A stretch of DNA of 41,769 nt from the NCBI GenBank assembly GCA_964511345.1, contig CAZEEV010000003.1, positions 1 through 41,769 on the forward strand, written 5' to 3'. A program made the translations under genes and the position numbers. The DNA is from an uncultured Pseudomonadales bacterium. GTDB lineage: Bacteria > Patescibacteriota > Microgenomatia > UBA1400 > PJMF01. Positions within the stretch are counted from its first letter, which is position 1; every line of letters starts with the position of its first letter. Positions 15,127-25,304 of this stretch are shown piece after piece. The notes below the pieces were generated by a model, which had not been told where the DNA came from, did not search any database, and was given only the letters and a program-made list of their open reading frames with translations.

Positions 15127-16530
15127 TTACTTGATATCAACTAGCAATAAGCTGTCAGTTTTTCGACCGGTAATTTTTTCGCCCAAACCAGCAACAATTA
15201 AGACTTTTTGACCAGCTGCAACAATACCATTAGCTTTTAAGTTGGCCACAATATCTTTTTCACTGGCATAGTTGAAACTGTCACCGCAGGAATAGATCGG
15301 TTCTACTCCATAAACCAAAGCTAATTTATTGTAAACAGACTTATCACAAGTGATAGCTTTAATTTTTACTTCTGGTCTAAAGCGAGATAATTGACGAGCA
15401 GTTTTACCACTAGCAGTCAGACAAACCACTAAATCAATTTCTTCTTTAGTTGAATCTAGCAAAGAAAAAGCAGCATGAGTGATAGCGGAAACATCACCAT
15501 CTTCAGCCCAATCCCACAAATAATTCTCAGTGAAGGGTTCATTATAAGCAGCAATTTTTGCCTGAGTTTCGACACATTGGACTGGATATTTACCAATGGT
15601 AGTTTCTTCAGAAAGCATAAGGGCGTCAGTGCCATCATAGATAGCATGAGCGACATCACTAACTTCTGCTCTAGTTGGACGAGGTTCAAAAGTCATGCTC
15701 TTAAGCATTTGAGTAGCAGTAATAACTGGCTTACCTAGGACACGACATTTATCGATGATCATTTTTTGGTAGTAGACCAAGCGTTCAAAAGGTACTTCAA
15801 CAGCCAAATCACCACGAGCAACCATCACTGCGTCAGAAGCTTCAATAATTTCATCTAAATTATCGATAGCAGATTGATTTTCAATCTTAGCAACCACGTC
15901 AGTATGAAGGCCTCTTTTTTTAAGTTCGTCACGCAAAATAGCAATGTCTTTGGTATCACGCACGAAAGATAAACCAACGAAATCGATGTCCTCATCAGTC
16001 ATATTATCTAACTGCACTAAATCATTTTCGATTAAAGATGGCATATCAATCACAATTCCTGGAGTGTTCATGGTCTTACGATGCTTGACAGTTAAGTCGT
16101 TAACGGCCTCAACGGTGGCACTTTCTTTATCTTTCTTAATAACTTTATATTCACAAGCACCATCGTCAGTAGAAACAGTGTCGCCAATTTGCAAGGCTTC
16201 GATCACGTTAGCTGGAATATTCATTTCTTTGTCACCTGGCTCAGCTGAAACAAATTTAGCAGTTTCACCGGCTTTGAGTTCAAAAGAACCACCATCTTTG
16301 ACATTAATACGAATCTCTGGACCTTGTAAATCTAACAGCACACCAACTGATTTGTTTAGTCTTTTAGCTACATTTTTAACGCGATGAATACGCTCTAAAT
16401 GCCATTCTGGGGTACCATGTTTAGTATTGAAACGAGCAATATTCATGCCAGCATTAATTAATGCTTCCATGGTTTCTTCTGTTTCGGTAGCTGGACCTAG
16501 GGTAGCAACGATTTTAGTAAGTTTATTCAT
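15127..16530 (-). CDS. pyk: pyruvate kinase
   Basis: TKIVATLGPA, ARFNTKHG, VLLDLQGPEIR, MVARGDLAVE, ATQMLKSM. Confidence 0.92.
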   Translation of the reverse strand: MNKLTKIVATLGPATETEETMEALINAGMNIARFNTKHGTPEWHLERIHRVKNVAKRLNKSVGVLLDLQGPEIRINVKDGGSFELKAGETAKFVSAEPGDKEMNIPANVIEALQIGDTVSTDDGACEYKVIKKDKESATVEAVNDLTVKHRKTMNTPGIVIDMPSLIENDLVQLDNMTDEDIDFVGLSFVRDTKDIAILRDELKKRGLHTDVVAKIENQSAIDNLDEIIEASDAVMVARGDLAVEVPFERLVYYQKMIIDKCRVLGKPVITATQMLKSMTFEPRPTRAEVSDVAHAIYDGTDALMLSEETTIGKYPVQCVETQAKIAAYNEPFTENYLWDWAEDGDVSAITHAAFSLLDSTKEEIDLVVCLTASGKTARQLSRFRPEVKIKAITCDKSVYNKLALVYGVEPIYSCGDSFNYASEKDIVANLKANGIVAAGQKVLIVAGLGEKITGRKTDSLLLVDIK

Positions 16531-16630
16531 ACTCTGTACTTTCTATTATTTATTTAGTTTTCTAATTGAAGAGTTTATTATCCTTCAAAGGCAGTTTATA
16601 ATCAAGCAGATCTAAAAGTTATTGCATACT

Positions 16631-17269
16631 ATGAAAAAAATTTATTTTGTCAGACACGGCGAAAGCGAGGGTAATTTATTAAAAGTTCATCAATCTCCTC
16701 AAACTCCTTTAACAGAAATTGGATTGTCTCAAGCTAAAATTGTTGCTTTGCGGTTTAGTAAAATTCAAGCTTCTCTAATTATTGCTAGCCCTTGTTTACG
16801 AGCACAACAGACTGCTCAAGCTATTGCAGATAAAAATAATTTACAAATTATCACCAACGATTTGTTTACAGAAAAAAGAGGACCTAGTGAATTAGTAGGG
16901 CTTTCTCAAAACAGTCAGCAATCTAAAACTATTCGCAGTGAAATCGCTCAACATTTTCTTAATCAAGAAGGCCAATGGCGACACTCCGATGAGGAAACTG
17001 CTAGTGAATTCGCACAAAGAGCAAAACAAGCTTTGGATTTTTTGAGTCAAAGACCAGAGGAAAATCTTATTGTTGTTTGTCATTCTTTGGTTTTACACAT
17101 GATTTTTGCTACTATTTTAAGCCAGGGTCAGGATATTAAACTGGAAGATTTGTATGGAATTTATGAAAACTTCAAGATCAATAACACTAGCATTAGTGTT
17201 GCTGTTTATAACGAAGAAAACCATAAATGGAGTGTTGATTGTCTAAATGATTATTCTCATCTTGGCTAG
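16631..17269 (+). CDS. histidine phosphatase family protein (phosphoglycerate-mutase-like)
   Basis: IYFVRHGESEGN (RHG catalytic motif), later VVCHS. ATG 16631 is preferred over TTG 16622. Confidence 0.8.
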   Translation: MKKIYFVRHGESEGNLLKVHQSPQTPLTEIGLSQAKIVALRFSKIQASLIIASPCLRAQQTAQAIADKNNLQIITNDLFTEKRGPSELVGLSQNSQQSKTIRSEIAQHFLNQEGQWRHSDEETASEFAQRAKQALDFLSQRPEENLIVVCHSLVLHMIFATILSQGQDIKLEDLYGIYENFKINNTSISVAVYNEENHKWSVDCLNDYSHLG

Positions 17270-17290
17270 TAATTAGTAATACATCATGCT

Positions 17291-17296
17291 TATAAT
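17291..17296 (+). promoter_or_regulatory. -10 box (TATAAT) 6 nt before ATG 17303
   Basis: Perfect hexamer. The gap is too short for a Shine-Dalgarno sequence. Confidence 0.4.
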
Positions 17297-17302
17297 GAGT
17301 GT

Positions 17303-18547
17303 ATGAAAAAACCATTATTTGTTGTTCTGGCTGGAGGAATTGGTAAAAATTTCGCTCCTTTAGTTACTAGCAAAAGCCTTTTTCCGTTTTTTGGCAAACC
17401 TTTAATTGAACACACTTTAGAGATGATTCAAACTGCCGGAGCTACTGAGGTATTAGTAGTTTGTAATCAAGAAAACCAGCAAGTTGTTGCCAATTTAACT
17501 AGCAAATTGCACATTACCACTATTTTACAAGCAGATGCACTTGGCCAAGCAGATGCTTTAATTTTAGCCAGTCATTTAATTGCAGATGATCAGCCGATTA
17601 TTATAATGAACGCTGTTGATCTGATTGAACCAGAGTTTTTGAAAAAATTTACCAATCAAGCTTCCTCAACTTATGCGCAAATTTTAGGAATGAGAGTCAA
17701 AAAACATTTTTTGGGAGGTTATCTCAAAGTAGATGAGAAGCTCGTGCTTGGTATTGTCGAAAAACCAGCAATAGGAGAAGAACCTAGTGACATGGCTAAT
17801 CTGTTTTTTCATTACTTTTCCAAACCTCAAGAATTTTTTGCTTTATTAACAAAATATACTGAAGGTGACGATGCTTATGAGAGAGCCTTAGATGAATTAA
17901 TACAAAACAAAGATGTTGCTTTTATGGTTTATGAAGGTTATTGGCAAAAACTTAAACAAGCTCATCATGTTCTAGACATGACCCAACTATTTCTCAAATA
18001 TAAACTCAAAAATAAGATTGATAAATCAGTTAAAATTGATAAAACTGCTAGAATTGAAGGACCGGTACAAATCGAGGCTGGAGTAAAAATCGAAGCTGGC
18101 GCTGTCATTAAAGGACCAGCTTACATCGGTGCTAATACTATTATTGGCAATCATTGCTTAGTTAGAAACTCAATTATTGAATCTGGAAATGTCATTGGCT
18201 TTGGTTCTGAAGTCGCTCGTAGTTATATCGGACCAAATTGCAGTCTGCATCACAATTTTATCGGTGATAGTGTATTAGAAGCAGAAGTCAATCCTAGCTA
18301 TGGTACCTGCACTGCAAATCTGCGTTTCGATCAAGCCAAAGTCAAAATGCGTTTGGCTAGTGAAAGTGGCGAGGACATATTGATTGAAACCAACAAAAAT
18401 AAATTAGGAGCGATTATGGCCAAAGGCGTTTTCTTAGGAATTAATTGCTCAATCTTACCTGGAATCACCATCGGAACTAAGGCTCACGCCATGCCAGGAT
18501 CAGTAATTAAAAGAGCAATTAAAAACGAGGAAATGTTTTTAAAATAA
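17303..18547 (+). CDS. sugar-phosphate nucleotidyltransferase with C-terminal left-handed beta-helix (GlmU/GMPP-like architecture)
   Basis: N-terminal VLAGGIGKNFAPL nucleotide-binding loop. C-terminal hexapeptide repeats IEGPVQIEAGVKIEAGAVIKGPAYIGANTIIGNHCLVRNSII. Confidence 0.7.
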   Translation: MKKPLFVVLAGGIGKNFAPLVTSKSLFPFFGKPLIEHTLEMIQTAGATEVLVVCNQENQQVVANLTSKLHITTILQADALGQADALILASHLIADDQPIIIMNAVDLIEPEFLKKFTNQASSTYAQILGMRVKKHFLGGYLKVDEKLVLGIVEKPAIGEEPSDMANLFFHYFSKPQEFFALLTKYTEGDDAYERALDELIQNKDVAFMVYEGYWQKLKQAHHVLDMTQLFLKYKLKNKIDKSVKIDKTARIEGPVQIEAGVKIEAGAVIKGPAYIGANTIIGNHCLVRNSIIESGNVIGFGSEVARSYIGPNCSLHHNFIGDSVLEAEVNPSYGTCTANLRFDQAKVKMRLASESGEDILIETNKNKLGAIMAKGVFLGINCSILPGITIGTKAHAMPGSVIKRAIKNEEMFLK

Positions 18548-19897
18548 CTAGTACCTACCTAATAAATAAAGCTGATGACTATAAGCTTGATTGGAAAATG
18601 TCCAGCTAACCACTATTTGTAAACCAATAATCATTAATAAAAATCCCCAAGTCATAATTTTTTGTAAAGACTTTGATAGCGGCAAATAAACCGCTCCACC
18701 TACTAGTGGCAAAAGCTTGCGAGTTAAAGGAGCAAATGGTTCTAGTTGACCTAAATTGACTGCCCACATTTTAAGTAATGGTAGTGAAAATAACAGCCAT
18801 AATAGCCAAATCGCCGCCTTACTCACATTTTCCAAAATGAACTTTAATACTGGAATAGTACAAATAAATAAGATTGGTAAAAGCGCGTACTCATACCAGC
18901 CATTGATATTGGTTTCATCAAAAGCTGCTAACGCCACAACTAAAAAAGCTAATAAAATTGAACCTAAAATCCTAAAGAATTTATTTTGATATCTGTAAAT
19001 TACAACTCCTATAGTCAAGACAAATAAAATACTTTTTTCACCGGTTGGCCAAATCTCCGCCGCTAAAGAAGGGTAGAAGAAAAAGCGATGCAGAAGTGTG
19101 GTTAAACCAATTTCTCTTGAGGATTGTTCGGCAAAAATCGCCATAAATAAATCCCAATTAAAAAATGCTCCATACAAAGCAAACATGGCAACTGCTAAAA
19201 ACATCGAGGCAAAAATCATAGCTGTTGATCGATATTTTTTCTCTGCGAAAAAGTACAAAGCGATACCAGCCCCAAGAAAAGCACCTTGCATTTTTAAAAG
19301 AATCGCCAAAGCACTCAACAACATTAGCAAAGACAAAGGTGGTTTTTTGAGAGTAAAAAGCAAAGCAACTATTAGCACTAAGGTTGCCAATAAATTATCT
19401 GCCACTACCAGACGACTGCTGGCTACTACCAATGGCGAACTAGCAAAAAGCAAACTCGTTAGTAAGGCAGTTTTTTTATCAGTCAAACGATAAGCAACTA
19501 AAGCAAACAAGAAAACATTTAAAGTACCGATCAAAATCATCGGTAAACGAATCGCTACTTGAGAAGGTAAGTTATAGGTACCCTGGCCACTCAATAAATG
19601 AAATGTTCCAGGAATTAAACTAAAAAGAGGCGGATGGTCAAGCACTGGTCTCACTAAAGGTGCACTACTATTTCGCTCTTGATAAATGTAGCCATTTTCA
19701 TAGCTGTGAAACAGCGACCAACTAGTCGGCTGGCCTTCAGTTAATAACGATGCCCCTAGCCAGGTCCAAGCCTTTTCATCGGCAGTGGCATCATGAGCAG
19801 GAAAAAGTGCGTAGTTGTGAAAACGCAAAATGAAGGCTAAGAAAGTAATCAAAAAAACATTAATTACAAGCGAATGTTTTTTAAACCAAGACCACAT
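18548..19897 (-). CDS. GT-C fold glycosyltransferase (family 39/83, ArnT/PMT-like) polytopic membrane protein
   Basis: 449 aa, more than 10 hydrophobic helices, first extracytoplasmic loop with ATADEKAW. Convergent and abutting the nucleotidyltransferase gene. Confidence 0.6.
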   Translation of the reverse strand: MWSWFKKHSLVINVFLITFLAFILRFHNYALFPAHDATADEKAWTWLGASLLTEGQPTSWSLFHSYENGYIYQERNSSAPLVRPVLDHPPLFSLIPGTFHLLSGQGTYNLPSQVAIRLPMILIGTLNVFLFALVAYRLTDKKTALLTSLLFASSPLVVASSRLVVADNLLATLVLIVALLFTLKKPPLSLLMLLSALAILLKMQGAFLGAGIALYFFAEKKYRSTAMIFASMFLAVAMFALYGAFFNWDLFMAIFAEQSSREIGLTTLLHRFFFYPSLAAEIWPTGEKSILFVLTIGVVIYRYQNKFFRILGSILLAFLVVALAAFDETNINGWYEYALLPILFICTIPVLKFILENVSKAAIWLLWLLFSLPLLKMWAVNLGQLEPFAPLTRKLLPLVGGAVYLPLSKSLQKIMTWGFLLMIIGLQIVVSWTFSNQAYSHQLYLLGRY

Positions 19898-19903
19898 ATT
19901 TTT

Positions 19904-19912
19904 ATTCTAGCA
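19904..19912 (-). promoter_or_regulatory. extended -10 promoter (TGCTAGAAT) 6 nt before ATG 19897
   Basis: The reverse complement of 19898-19912 reads TGCTAGAAT-AAAAAT, then ATG. It sits in the 31-nt gap after tRNA-His. Confidence 0.5.
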
Positions 19913-19928
19913 TTTTTGAGGGAAAAAA

Positions 19929-20006
<78 letters not shown>

Positions 20007-20034
20007 ATTTTTTAATTCCAAACAAACAAAAAAG

Positions 20035-20108
20035 TATGCTGGGTGGGATTCGAACCCACGACCTACTGCTTAGAAGGCAGTTGCTCTATCCAGCTGAGCT
20101 ACCAGCAC
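20035..20108 (-). tRNA. tRNA-Arg(UCU): tRNA-Arg (anticodon UCU)
   Basis: Reverse complement GTGCTGGTAGCTCAGCTGGATAGAGCAACTGCCTTCTAAGCAGTAGGTCGTGGGTTCGAATCCCACCCAGCATA. Anticodon loop CTTCTAA. G1-U72 wobble pair. CCA is not encoded. Confidence 0.88.
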
Positions 20109-20133
20109 TTTTGCATGTTAAAACCTGAGGGGA

Positions 20134-20162
20134 ATTATAAGTAAAAGCACTCCAAAAGTCCA
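20134..20162 (-). promoter_or_regulatory. sigma70-type promoter for the tRNA-Arg/tRNA-His unit
   Basis: Minus strand TGGACT, then N17, then TATAAT, about 25 nt upstream of the tRNA-Arg 5' end. Confidence 0.5.
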
Positions 20163-20227
20163 GACACGCAAAGCAAGACCTAGACTGTCCATTAAAGCTA
20201 AATTGCGGTATAATAACTGACTTTCAA

Positions 20228-22342
20228 ATGCCATTTAAGCTTCATTCATCCTACCAAGCAACCGGCGACCAACCTCAGGCTATTGAGGCACTCGTTGATG
20301 GTTTGAAAAATCAAGTCAAAGATCAAGTCTTACTTGGAGTCACTGGTTCAGGTAAAACTTTCACCATCGCCAATGTGATTGAAAAAACTCAAAAACCAAC
20401 TCTAGTAATTGCTCATAACAAAACTTTGGCTGCTCAACTTTATCAAGAATTGAGAGATTTTTTTCCGAGAAATGCCGTTTCTTATTTTGTTTCTTATTAC
20501 GATTACTATCAACCAGAAGCTTATTTACCAAGTAGCGATACTTACATTGAAAAAGAGGCAACTATTAATGAGGAAATCGATAAATTACGCTTGGCTGCCA
20601 CCACTCACTTAATGACCAGACCAGATGTAATTATCGTTGCTTCTGTCTCTTGTATTTATAGTTTAGGTTCTCCAGTCGATTACAACCGTTTCATTTTAGA
20701 AATTGTTGAAGGGGAAATGATCGATCGTCAAAGTTTATTAATTCAACTCAGCAATTTGCAATATGAACGCAGTGAAACTGATTTATTACGTGGTACTTAT
20801 CGTTTACGCGGCGACACCATCCAAATCTGGCCAGCTTATCAAGATAACGCCGTTAGAATCGAAACTTTAGCTAATCAAATCTTAAGCATTAGAGAAATTG
20901 ATCCCATTTCAGGCAGTATTATCGAAAAACCAGCTAATAAATTTTACAAAAATAACATGGCTCTGATTTATCCAGCCAAACACTATGCGGTAGAAAGTAG
21001 TAGCCAAAAAGAAGCTCTAGCACAAATTCGCCAAGATCTGAAAAACAGAGTAGAAGAATTGCAAAAAGAAGGCAAGACGCTCGAAGCTTATCGTTTGGAA
21101 CATAAAGTTAATTATGATCTAGAAATGATCCAAGAATTTGGTTCAGTCAATGGCATTGAAAATTATTCTCGCTATTTTGACGGCCGCCAGCCAGGTGAGC
21201 CACCTTACACTTTACTTGATTATTTTAAATATAACCAAGAAAAATTTGGTCACGACTCTTTTTTAACCGTCATCGATGAAAGTCACATTAGTTTACCCCA
21301 AATTAAGGGCATGTATTTTGGTGATCAATCTAGAAAAGAAACCTTGATTAAGTATGGTTTTCGTTTGCCCAGTGCTATTGATAATCGACCTTTACAATTA
21401 CACGAATTTTTAACTCGCAAACAACAAACCATTTATGTTTCTGCTACACCTGGAGAATGGGAATTAAAACAAAGTCAAAATCGAGTAGTAGAGCAATTAG
21501 TTCGTCCTACCGGTTTACTTGATCCGATTATTGATCTCCGCCCAACTAGCAACCAAGTTGAAGACTTGACTTTGGAAATTATTAAAAGAAAAAAGCTGGG
21601 TCAAAGAGTGCTAGTGACTACTTTAACTAAAAAAATGGCTGAGGCACTGACAGATTATCTTAATGATCCAGAAAAAATTAATAAATTAATGCAAAAGCAT
21701 GACGAATTTAAACTAAACGAAATCATTTATCCACAAGTTGCTTACCTGCATTCAGACGTTGAAACTCTTGATCGTAGCGATATTTTGGATGACTTACGTA
21801 ACGGGAAATATGACGTTTTAGTAGGTATTAATTTGCTACGCGAAGGTCTAGATTTGCCAGAAGTTAGTTTAGTTGCCATTCTCGATGCTGATAAGGAAGG
21901 CTTTTTACGCTCCAAAACTTCTCTCGTACAAACTATGGGTAGAGCCGCTCGTCACGTCGAAGGACAAGTGATTCTGTATGCTGACAAAATAACTGACTCG
22001 ATGAATTATGCTATTGAAGAAACTAAACGTCGACGTAACATTCAGGAACAATATAATGCCAAACACAGTATTACTCCCACAGGTATTAACAAACCAATCA
22101 GAGAAAAACTCTTACAACGTCAAACCAAAGAAGAACAAGAACGCAACGGTCGTAAAGGTATTTTCCTAAAAATTTCTAGTAAAGAAGAACTTAATTTAAT
22201 GGCTATTAATCCTGAAGAATTGACTCCTGGTGAAAAACAAAATCTAACTAAAAAACTACGCACTCAAATGAAAAAGGCAGCCAATGAACTTGATTTTGAA
22301 TTAGCTGCCATTATTAGAAATAAAATTAGTGAAATAGAATAA
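20228..22342 (+). CDS. uvrB: excinuclease ABC subunit B
   Basis: GVTGSGKTF (Walker A), YYDYYQPEAY, VIDESH, LREGLDLPEV, C-terminal UVR motif ELDFELAAIIRNKI. Confidence 0.95.
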   Translation: MPFKLHSSYQATGDQPQAIEALVDGLKNQVKDQVLLGVTGSGKTFTIANVIEKTQKPTLVIAHNKTLAAQLYQELRDFFPRNAVSYFVSYYDYYQPEAYLPSSDTYIEKEATINEEIDKLRLAATTHLMTRPDVIIVASVSCIYSLGSPVDYNRFILEIVEGEMIDRQSLLIQLSNLQYERSETDLLRGTYRLRGDTIQIWPAYQDNAVRIETLANQILSIREIDPISGSIIEKPANKFYKNNMALIYPAKHYAVESSSQKEALAQIRQDLKNRVEELQKEGKTLEAYRLEHKVNYDLEMIQEFGSVNGIENYSRYFDGRQPGEPPYTLLDYFKYNQEKFGHDSFLTVIDESHISLPQIKGMYFGDQSRKETLIKYGFRLPSAIDNRPLQLHEFLTRKQQTIYVSATPGEWELKQSQNRVVEQLVRPTGLLDPIIDLRPTSNQVEDLTLEIIKRKKLGQRVLVTTLTKKMAEALTDYLNDPEKINKLMQKHDEFKLNEIIYPQVAYLHSDVETLDRSDILDDLRNGKYDVLVGINLLREGLDLPEVSLVAILDADKEGFLRSKTSLVQTMGRAARHVEGQVILYADKITDSMNYAIEETKRRRNIQEQYNAKHSITPTGINKPIREKLLQRQTKEEQERNGRKGIFLKISSKEELNLMAINPEELTPGEKQNLTKKLRTQMKKAANELDFELAAIIRNKISEIE

Positions 22343-22351
22343 AAATTCATC

Positions 22352-25294
22352 ATGTCACAAAATACCATTAAAATTACCGGCGCCCGCGAACATAATTTAA
22401 AAAACATCAATTTAGAATTTGAGAAAAATCAGTTAATTGTCTTTACCGGTTTATCTGGCTCTGGCAAAAGCTCACTCGCTTTTGATACTTTATACGCTGA
22501 AGGTCAACGCCGTTATGTTGAATCACTTAGCTCCTATGCTCGTCAATTTCTAGGAGTAATGAACAAACCAGACGTCGATCAAATTGATGGCTTGTCTCCT
22601 GCAATTTCTATTGACCAGAAAACTACTTCTCATAATCCGCGCTCTACTGTCGGTACTATCACCGAAATTTATGATTACTGTCGCTTATTATTTTCTCGCG
22701 TCGGTCATCCTCATTGTCCTAACTGTGGTAAAGAAATTAGTACTCAAAGTATTGATCAAATTATCAATCAAGTTTTAGAGCGCATCGAAGAGAAATTTAG
22801 CCAAGCTAAAAATCAGCCACAAAAATTGATGATTCTTTCTCCAGTAATTAAAGAGAGAAAAGGGGAATTTGACAAGCTTTTGCAAAATTTAGTCAAAAAA
22901 GGCTATAACAAAGCCAGAATTGATGGGCAGATTTATAATTTAGATCAAGAACTCAATCTAATTAAAACTAACAAGCACAGCATTGAAGCTTTAGTTGATC
23001 GTTTGGTCATTAGTCGTGAACAACTCAAAGATCAAAAAGAACTTAGCACTTTTAAAAGTCGTCTCAATCAGTCTACTGAAGAAGCTTTGAAATTAGCTAA
23101 TGGTTTAGTTATTTTTACTTGGGTTAATGACGCTAGTTTTGCTTTTCCAGAAAATCCTCAAGACACTGAAGATTTTTTATTCAGTGAAAATTTGGCCTGC
23201 AGTGATTGTGGTATTTCGCTGAAAGAGCTCGAACCACGCTCTTTCTCTTTTAACTCTCCTGAAGGAGCTTGTCCAGAATGCCATGGTCTTGGTTCTATTC
23301 TTAAAATTAATACCGATAAAATTATTGCCCCAAGTTTAACCATGAGTGAAGGCGCTGTGATTCCTTTCGCCAGAATGATGGGTAATGAAGGTTGGTTTGC
23401 CCGCTTAGTAAAAATCGTTATTGAAGATCTTGGCGCTGATTTTCGCCTAACTAAATGGGCGGATATGTCAGCTGAATTGCAAGAAGTTATGCTTTATGGC
23501 AGTGAAAAAATTTATGATGTAGTCGGTGAAAATCGTTTTGGTAACATGACCAGCTACCAAAGCAAGTTCGAAGGTTTTATTAAAAACCTAGAACGTCGTT
23601 ATAGTGAAACTGACAGTGAATTTATTCGTCGCGAAATTGGGCAATTTATGCACAAAGAAGTTTGTCCACTTTGTAATGGCGCAAGGCTAAAAGCAGAAGT
23701 ATTATCAGTCACGATCGATCACCTTAATATCGCTCAATTTAGTCAGTTAACTATTGATCGCGCACTTAAATGGGCAGAAAAAATTGCCGATCCAGCAGAA
23801 GCAATTCTATCAGCTAAAGAAAGACAAATTGCCGATCCAATTCTGAAAGAAATTAAAACCCGTTTGCAATTTTTATCAGCAGTGGGTCTCAATTATTTAA
23901 CCATTTCTAGAGAAGCGGCCACACTCGCTGGCGGTGAAGCACAAAGAATTCGTCTTGCTTCACAAATCGGCACTGGCTTAACTGGTGTGCTCTATATTCT
24001 TGATGAGCCAACCATCGGTTTACATCAAAGGGATAACCATCGTTTAATTGAAACTCTTCAAGAATTAAAGAGAAAAGGCAACACGGTGGTAGTAGTAGAA
24101 CACGATCGCGATATCATGATGGCTGCTGATCATATCATCGATTTTGGACCTAAGGCCGGCGGGCAAGGTGGAAAAGTGGTTTTTGCCGGCTCCTATCAAG
24201 AAATTTTAAAAGATAAAGATTCTTTAACTGGTAAATATCTAGCCAGAAAAAAAGAGATTACTAGAAAAACTGCTAAAGAAAGCGATATTAAGAAAAAAGC
24301 CAAGATTGCCATTCACGGTGCAAACCATAATAATTTAAAAAACATTGACGTAGAAATCCCTCTCAACTCTTTAACTTGTATCACCGGTATTTCCGGCTCA
24401 GGTAAATCAACCTTACTACATAATGTTTTACATAATCACTTGGCTAAAAATCTTGGTTACACTTATGAGGGTAAGTTGGCACAAGTTGAAAATATAGCTG
24501 TTCCTCCTCAAGTCAAAAGACTGAGTATGATCGATCAGAGTCCAATCGGCAAAACCCCGCGTTCTAATCCTGCTACTTACACTAAAGCCTTTGATTATAT
24601 TCGCCAGATTTTTGCCCGTACCAAAGATTCTGCAGTACGCGGCTATAATATCGGTCGTTTTAGTTTCAATGTCAAAGGTGGACGTTGTGAAGCTTGTCAA
24701 GGTGAGGGTCAAATTAAAATTGAAATGCAATTTCTACCCGATGTTTATGTAGAATGTGATGTCTGTCACGGTCAGCGTTATAACGAGGAAACTCTACAAG
24801 TTTTGTATCAAGATAAAAATATTGCTCAAGTGCTAGATCTTAGTATTGATGAAGCCACTGAATTTTTCAAAAATCACAGCAACATTCGCCAAAAAATGAA
24901 AACCCTGCAAGATGTTGGCCTAGGCTATTTGAAACTTGGCCAAAGCGCTCCTACACTGAGTGGTGGTGAAGCACAAAGAGTGAAACTCGCTAAAGAATTA
25001 AGCACTCGTTCTCATGACCATGTGATTTATTTATTAGATGAGCCCACCACTGGTTTGCATTTTGCTGATATTCAAAAATTACTTGATGTATTAAATCAAT
25101 TGGTTGAACAAGACAACACTGTTATTTTAATTGAGCATAATTTAGATGTCATTAAAAATGCCGACTGGGTCATTGATCTTGGACCAGAGGGTGGAGAATA
25201 TGGTGGCCAGGTTATTGCCTCAGGTACACCAAGCGAGGTAGCAGCAAACGAGCAATCTTTTACCGGGCATTATTTAAAAGCAGAATTAATGTAA
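22352..25294 (+). CDS. uvrA: excinuclease ABC subunit A
   Basis: Two ABC modules (GLSGSGKSSL and GISGSGKSTL; LSGGEAQRIRLA and LSGGEAQRVKLA) plus Zn-finger Cys pairs (CPNCG, CSDCG...CPEC, CPLCNG, CEACQG...CDVCHG). Confidence 0.95.
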   Translation: MSQNTIKITGAREHNLKNINLEFEKNQLIVFTGLSGSGKSSLAFDTLYAEGQRRYVESLSSYARQFLGVMNKPDVDQIDGLSPAISIDQKTTSHNPRSTVGTITEIYDYCRLLFSRVGHPHCPNCGKEISTQSIDQIINQVLERIEEKFSQAKNQPQKLMILSPVIKERKGEFDKLLQNLVKKGYNKARIDGQIYNLDQELNLIKTNKHSIEALVDRLVISREQLKDQKELSTFKSRLNQSTEEALKLANGLVIFTWVNDASFAFPENPQDTEDFLFSENLACSDCGISLKELEPRSFSFNSPEGACPECHGLGSILKINTDKIIAPSLTMSEGAVIPFARMMGNEGWFARLVKIVIEDLGADFRLTKWADMSAELQEVMLYGSEKIYDVVGENRFGNMTSYQSKFEGFIKNLERRYSETDSEFIRREIGQFMHKEVCPLCNGARLKAEVLSVTIDHLNIAQFSQLTIDRALKWAEKIADPAEAILSAKERQIADPILKEIKTRLQFLSAVGLNYLTISREAATLAGGEAQRIRLASQIGTGLTGVLYILDEPTIGLHQRDNHRLIETLQELKRKGNTVVVVEHDRDIMMAADHIIDFGPKAGGQGGKVVFAGSYQEILKDKDSLTGKYLARKKEITRKTAKESDIKKKAKIAIHGANHNNLKNIDVEIPLNSLTCITGISGSGKSTLLHNVLHNHLAKNLGYTYEGKLAQVENIAVPPQVKRLSMIDQSPIGKTPRSNPATYTKAFDYIRQIFARTKDSAVRGYNIGRFSFNVKGGRCEACQGEGQIKIEMQFLPDVYVECDVCHGQRYNEETLQVLYQDKNIAQVLDLSIDEATEFFKNHSNIRQKMKTLQDVGLGYLKLGQSAPTLSGGEAQRVKLAKELSTRSHDHVIYLLDEPTTGLHFADIQKLLDVLNQLVEQDNTVILIEHNLDVIKNADWVIDLGPEGGEYGGQVIASGTPSEVAANEQSFTGHYLKAELM

Positions 25295-25304
25295 AATAGA
25301 GTCA